Assembly (NCBI GenBank): GCA_964607485.1
Contig: CAZSKP010000005.1
Span: 64,001 to 128,000, forward strand
Source of the DNA: an uncultured bacterium
GTDB lineage: Bacteria; Abyssobacteria; SURF-5
Direction: 5' to 3'
Length of the DNA: 64,000 nucleotides
Made by a program: the position numbers and the translations under genes. Shown piece by piece: positions 59,228 to 64,000 of this stretch. How positions within the stretch are numbered: position 1 is the stretch's first letter; each line of letters starts with the position of its first letter. The notes beneath the pieces were generated by a model. The model made no database searches and was not told the DNA's origin. It saw nothing but the letters and a program-made list of their open reading frames with translations.

Positions 59228-61429
59228 ATGAAACAGAAAACCGAGCAGATCCGCAGAGCCTCGTCCAAAGCGCCCGAGCCTCCAAAGGAGCGACCACAGC
59301 AGGACACCACGCGAAAGAGACGGTTTTCGTTCAGTCTCCGACGCCTGTTGTTTCTGATGTTGGGGGGAGGACTCTTGGGCGTGGCATGTGGCATATCGCT
59401 GGGCCTCACCCGCGACCTTCCCCAGATCACGAATCTGGAAAATTTCAAGCCCATGCTGTCGTCCATCGTGCGTTCATCTGACGGCCAGGTGCTGGCGGAA
59501 TTCGGAATCGAAAAGAGGCAACGCACCTCGCTCACCCGGATGCCGCCCCAACTGCAACAGGCCTTCCTCGCGGTCGAGGACCAATATTTTTACCGGCACT
59601 TTGGCGTGAACCCGGCGGGAATTCTCCGGGCGGCCTACGAGAATATAATGGCGGGCCACGTCGTCCAAGGCGGTAGCACGATCACTCAGCAACTGGCACG
59701 CAACCTTTTCCTGACCCGACGGAGAGACTTCGCCCGCAAAGCGCGCGAGGCGATTCTGGCGCTTCAAATCGAGAGAAGCTATACGAAAGAACAGATACTC
59801 GAGATGTATCTGAACCAGATATACCTCGGCCACGGCGCATACGGCGTCGAAGAAGCGTCTCAGCTTTACTTTGGCAAGCACGCCGAAGACTTGACGCTCG
59901 CCCAGTGCGCTTTGCTGGCGGCGCTTCCCAAGGCGCCCAACAAGTATTCGCCCAAGAACAATCCCGCCGCCGCGCTCCGAAGGAGAAATCTCGTTCTGGA
60001 GATGATGTACCATGAGGGCTACATCACCAAGGAAGAATGCATCTCGGCCAAGTTCGAGCCCATCCTTCTGGCGACTCCGTCCACGAAGAAGTCCTCCTTA
60101 GCGCCGTATTTCGCCGAATACGTTCGACAATACGTCATCGACAGGTACGGCTATGACATGCTTTACAAAGGAGGGCTCCAGATACATACCACACTCGACC
60201 TCAAAATGCAGCAAGCGGCCGAGGCGGCGATCGAGGAGAGCCTCAGGAAATATCAGTTGCAGCGAACGGTCGAGTCTCTGAACGAAAACCGCGATGAGGC
60301 GGGCGGAGCCGACGAGGCCCTGCCCGATGATATTTCGGCACCACGCGAAGCGAGTAAGGTGCCGAAAGAGATGGCCACCGACATCGTGCAGGCGGCGCTT
60401 GTGGCCATAGACCCCCGCTCGGGCGAGATCCGCGCCTTGGTGGGCGGACGCGACTTTGACAAGAGCGAGTTCAACCGTGCGGTTCAGGCTCGACGACAAC
60501 CGGGTTCCGGATTCAAACCGTTCATCTGGGCGACAGCCCTCGAAAGCGGCATGACGGCCTCAGACAGGATAGTCGATGCCCCCGTCGTGTTTCACTTTCA
60601 AGATAAGGTGTGGGAGCCCAAGAACTATGAGGACCGCTTCTACGGCCCCACAACGCTCAGAGAAGCCTTGGAACACTCTCGCAACATAGTCGCCATAAGA
60701 CTGCTGAACCAACTGGGAGTCACTCCCGTTATCAGGCTCGCCCACAGAATGGGAATAGACAGTTACCTCCAGCCGAACCTCACGCTCGCCCTCGGTTCCA
60801 CCGGTGTGAGCCCTCTCGAAATCACCTCAGCCTTCGCGACATTCGATGCAGGCGGCATCCAGCGGGAACCGACGTCGGTTCTGAGGATAATCGGCCCGGA
60901 TGGCGCGATTATCGAAGAAAAACAGCCCCGAGAGCGCATAGCTCTCTCCGAGCAGACGGCCTACATCATGACCACGCTGATGGAAGGCGTCGTCGAAAGG
61001 GGCACGGGCAGGGCAGCCAGGGACCTTGGACGTCCCTGCGCGGGCAAGACCGGGACCACCAACGACTGCACCGACGCCTGGTTCATCGGTTACACACCTC
61101 AACTTGTCACGGGCGTGTGGGTTGGGTATGACGACATGAGGTCGCTGGGAAAGAGACAGACCGGTGGACGTGTGGCCGCACCCATCTGGACGAGCTTCAT
61201 GAAGGCCGCCCTCGCCGGCGAGCCAGTGGAAGATTTCAGCGTTCCGCCCGACATCGAATTCGTTGAGGTCGAAAGCAGCAGCGGGCTTCTGCCGCCTCCC
61301 GGAAGCGTAAACAAAATCACGCAGGCCTTTCAAGCGGGCACCGCCCCCACAAGATATCACGACCCCGACGAAGATGAACGCACGGCGGAAGACATCATGC
61401 ACATATTTCCCACCGACTTGCCCCTCTGA
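59228..61429 (+). CDS. Class A penicillin-binding protein (PBP1A family)
   Basis: EDQYFYRHFG, QGGSTITQQL, RKARE transglycosylase motifs; SGFK, SRN, KTGT transpeptidase motifs. Confidence 0.96.
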   Translation: MKQKTEQIRRASSKAPEPPKERPQQDTTRKRRFSFSLRRLLFLMLGGGLLGVACGISLGLTRDLPQITNLENFKPMLSSIVRSSDGQVLAEFGIEKRQRTSLTRMPPQLQQAFLAVEDQYFYRHFGVNPAGILRAAYENIMAGHVVQGGSTITQQLARNLFLTRRRDFARKAREAILALQIERSYTKEQILEMYLNQIYLGHGAYGVEEASQLYFGKHAEDLTLAQCALLAALPKAPNKYSPKNNPAAALRRRNLVLEMMYHEGYITKEECISAKFEPILLATPSTKKSSLAPYFAEYVRQYVIDRYGYDMLYKGGLQIHTTLDLKMQQAAEAAIEESLRKYQLQRTVESLNENRDEAGGADEALPDDISAPREASKVPKEMATDIVQAALVAIDPRSGEIRALVGGRDFDKSEFNRAVQARRQPGSGFKPFIWATALESGMTASDRIVDAPVVFHFQDKVWEPKNYEDRFYGPTTLREALEHSRNIVAIRLLNQLGVTPVIRLAHRMGIDSYLQPNLTLALGSTGVSPLEITSAFATFDAGGIQREPTSVLRIIGPDGAIIEEKQPRERIALSEQTAYIMTTLMEGVVERGTGRAARDLGRPCAGKTGTTNDCTDAWFIGYTPQLVTGVWVGYDDMRSLGKRQTGGRVAAPIWTSFMKAALAGEPVEDFSVPPDIEFVEVESSSGLLPPPGSVNKITQAFQAGTAPTRYHDPDEDERTAEDIMHIFPTDLPL

Positions 61430-61605
61430 GCCGGGTCGCGGGCGCCTTGCGACACGCCTGGAATCGCCTCTTGACATCCATCGCGAAAGGCAATAGAATT
61501 AGCTCGCCTCGGAACACCCCAATAAAAACAATGGTTCATTTGATTCCGCATGACGTGTAGAATCGTCTTGGTGGCGGACAATAAGTTGAAGGGAGGAGAA
61601 CAGAG

Positions 61606-62448
61606 ATGGGACTGCTTGACGGAAAAGTGGCAATCGTTACCGGCTCCGGCGGCGGAATAGGCCGGTGTCATGCCTTGGCGCTGGCCAAAGAAGGCGCAAA
61701 AGTAGTGGTCAACGACGTGGGAGGCGACCGCAGCGGCACGGGCGGTGGCAAAAGCATGGCCGACAAGGTTGTGGATGAGATCAAGGCCGCCGGCGGAGAG
61801 GCAGCGGCAAACTATGACAGCGTTGCCACCATGGCGGGCGGCAAGGCTATCGTGCAAACGGCTCTGGACACCTTCGGCAGGATCGACATACTTGTCAACA
61901 ACGCCGGCATCCTGCGTGACAAATCCCTGCTCAAGATGGATGAAAACATGTGGGACGGCGTCATTGCCGTGCACCTCAAAGGGACATTCGCATGCACCCA
62001 GCCCGCAGCCGCCTGGATGAAGGAAAACGGTCAGGGCGGACGGATAATCAACACCAGCTCCACCTCCGGCCTCCTGGGCAACTTCGGCCAGTCGAACTAC
62101 GGCGCCGCGAAGGCGGGCATAGCCGGCTTTACCCGCGTCTGCGCGATCGAGCTTGCAAAGTACGGCATCACTGTGAACGCATTGGTGCCCGTCGCAAAGA
62201 CGCGGATGACCGAAGACCTCGCTCCCTTTGCACAGCTTGGGGAAGGCGAGCTCGATCCGGCATACATCTCGCCGATGCTCGTGTTCCTTGCCTCAGACCT
62301 TGGCAAGGACATCAACGGCAAATTCTTCCTTATCCAGGGCCCGCGCATCTCCATGATGGAAGTCAAGGCTACCGAGGGCGTAGGCAAGGATGCGATGTGG
62401 ACGCCGCAGGAAATCGCGAAAAGCTTGGACAAAATCATGGCCTGGTAA
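61606..62448 (+). CDS. SDR family oxidoreductase (hydroxyacyl-CoA dehydrogenase-like)
   Basis: TGSGGGIG, VVVNDVGG, NNAGILRD, YGAAK. Confidence 0.95.
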   Translation: MGLLDGKVAIVTGSGGGIGRCHALALAKEGAKVVVNDVGGDRSGTGGGKSMADKVVDEIKAAGGEAAANYDSVATMAGGKAIVQTALDTFGRIDILVNNAGILRDKSLLKMDENMWDGVIAVHLKGTFACTQPAAAWMKENGQGGRIINTSSTSGLLGNFGQSNYGAAKAGIAGFTRVCAIELAKYGITVNALVPVAKTRMTEDLAPFAQLGEGELDPAYISPMLVFLASDLGKDINGKFFLIQGPRISMMEVKATEGVGKDAMWTPQEIAKSLDKIMAW

Positions 62449-62473
62449 CGCGCCTTTCACTGAAAGGAAAACG

Positions 62474-62505
62474 GTGAGCCGCAGCGATGCGGCTCACGTT
62501 TTTTT
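62474..62505 (+). terminator. Intrinsic terminator after SDR gene
   Basis: GTGAGCCGCA-GCGA-TGCGGCTCAC then G and T7. Confidence 0.85.
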
Positions 62506-62644
62506 CGGACCTCTCATTCCGGTAGCGAGGAAGTCTCTTCCGTCGGGGCTCCCACTGGACAACGATATCGAGAGTATTTAGAATATGGTTATGATTTCTC
62601 TAATCCGATTTGTGATGTTCTATATGACCGGCAGCTTGGAAGAC

Positions 62645-63616
62645 ATGTCGAAAATGTGGCTGTTCATCGGGATCTTAGTCGTGCTGGCGTCATGTGGAGG
62701 AGGTAATAATCAGGGTCGCGCGGCCGAGGGGCCCGCCCGCCTGTTGCCGCCTGCTCCCGCCGAATGGCGCGAAGCAGGGGAGACGCTGACGTTTTCCGAC
62801 GTCGCGCTCTCGAATTATATCAATGGCGGCGCCGAGGCGTACTTCGCCTATGGATTCAAGCGGGTGGCCGTGCGGGAGTTTCGGAGCGCCTCCGACGCAC
62901 GGCTGACTGTGGAAATTTATGAGATGGACCGCCCCGAGAACGCCTATGGCATTTACTCGACCGACTCGGCCGGCGAACACTGGCCCGTCGGAGCCGACGC
63001 CTCATACGGTGACGGGTTGCTCAGGTTCTGGAAAGGACCGTACTTCGTGCGCATCATGTGCTTCCCGCCCGATTCCTCCGTCGAGACTCTCATTCGGGAA
63101 ATTGGCGCCGGGATTGCGGACGCCATCGTCGCGGAAAGCCGGCGGCCGAACATAGTGAAGCTGCTGCCCGAAGGGGCGTACGTGCCCGACACCGCCTGCT
63201 ACTTTCACCGGCAGACATCTCTGAACAACATACGGTTTCTCTCGGACGAGAACCTGCTTCACCTCGGCGACGACGTGGACGCGCTCACGTGGGAACAGGA
63301 GGTCTCGGACCCAAAAGGGAAGCGGAGCAGGCTGAGACACATCGTCATCCGCTATCCGTCGCAGTCTTCCGCCTCTGCGGCGTTTGATGATTTCACGACG
63401 AAATATCTTCGAGCCGAAAACGTTTCAACGACCGAGGCGCGAGTGAGGACACCGCTCGTCGGCCGGTTGTCCAACGAACGGTACGCCGCGGCGGGCCTTG
63501 AAGGTGAATGGGTGTTGTTCATCCTCGACGCCGACTCTCCCGAATCGGCCGCCAAGGCTCTAGCCCAGACCGATGCAAGGTTGGACGCCTTCATCCGTCA
63601 ACCAAAGGGGAAATAA
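62645..63616 (+). CDS. DUF6599-like lipoprotein
   Basis: LASC lipobox; LSNYINGGAEAYFAYGF, VEIYEM...AYGIYS, FWKGPYFVRI. Confidence 0.75.
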   Translation: MSKMWLFIGILVVLASCGGGNNQGRAAEGPARLLPPAPAEWREAGETLTFSDVALSNYINGGAEAYFAYGFKRVAVREFRSASDARLTVEIYEMDRPENAYGIYSTDSAGEHWPVGADASYGDGLLRFWKGPYFVRIMCFPPDSSVETLIREIGAGIADAIVAESRRPNIVKLLPEGAYVPDTACYFHRQTSLNNIRFLSDENLLHLGDDVDALTWEQEVSDPKGKRSRLRHIVIRYPSQSSASAAFDDFTTKYLRAENVSTTEARVRTPLVGRLSNERYAAAGLEGEWVLFILDADSPESAAKALAQTDARLDAFIRQPKGK

Positions 63617-63618
63617 TC

Positions 63619-64000
63619 ATGATGCACGGAAAAGATGAACCTCGTTCCCACGGCTCACTCACGAGAAGGGATTTCTTGAGAGACACGGCGCTGGGTGCGG
63701 CGGGCGTCGCCCTCGGGGCGGCCGGCTGTTCCCCGTTTGCGGAAGCGGGCTACGAGCCGGTCGTCGGCGAATCGCTTCCAGCCGGCAAGAGCAGGGTCGT
63801 TCTCGTGCGTGAAGAAGACGCTTTTGGCAATAACGGAACGCCTCGGGAGGAGCGGCTGGGGGAGATGCTGGAACGAGCGATGCTCGAGCTTGCAGGAGAG
63901 TCGAAAAGCGACGCCGCCTGGGCACGATTCTTCAAGGCGGACGACGTCGTGGGTGTGAAGATAAACGTGATGATGACGCCGACGTCTCCTGAGCTGTCGC
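63619..64000 (+). CDS. Tat-exported DUF362-like protein (runs off the window end)
   Basis: Manual translation MMHGKDEPRSHGSLTRRDFLRD...KSRVVLVR...AWARFFKADDVVGVKINVM. Confidence 0.75.
   Translation, partial: MMHGKDEPRSHGSLTRRDFLRDTALGAAGVALGAAGCSPFAEAGYEPVVGESLPAGKSRVVLVREEDAFGNNGTPREERLGEMLERAMLELAGESKSDAAWARFFKADDVVGVKINVMMTPTSPELS

Overview
GC-rich (about 60% by eye) bacterial chromosomal segment, probably from an anaerobe (CCG Fe-S protein, AbfD-like dehydratase, RACo-type ASKHA ATPase, B12 radical SAM, Ni/Co uptake). It holds about 50 mostly ordinary genes: a D-aminoacylase fragment, a multi-PAS kinase/NarL pair, carB, a GH116 glycosidase, pilT, rarA, CocE, a thiolase/enoyl-CoA hydratase/AbfD operon, ymdB-rny and PBP1A. 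No rRNA, tRNA, CRISPR array, integrase or transposase was seen. Two things stand out. (1) An AT-richer, translationally coupled three-gene cassette (29128-31842) inserted convergently after rarA encodes a PD-(D/E)xK-like protein, a stand-alone Hanks Ser/Thr kinase and a possible TIM-barrel protein. It is a candidate anti-phage or toxin-antitoxin system and has a cluster of REP-like remnants on its flank. (2) An apparent RNA attenuator (22491-22594) has three CACGAAG hairpins, the last mutually exclusive with an intrinsic terminator. It lies between DUF3842-cooT and a porin/DUF4198/cbiM/cbiQ Ni/Co uptake operon, suggesting a metal-responsive antitermination switch. All family assignments come from motif recognition by eye; no database searches were run.
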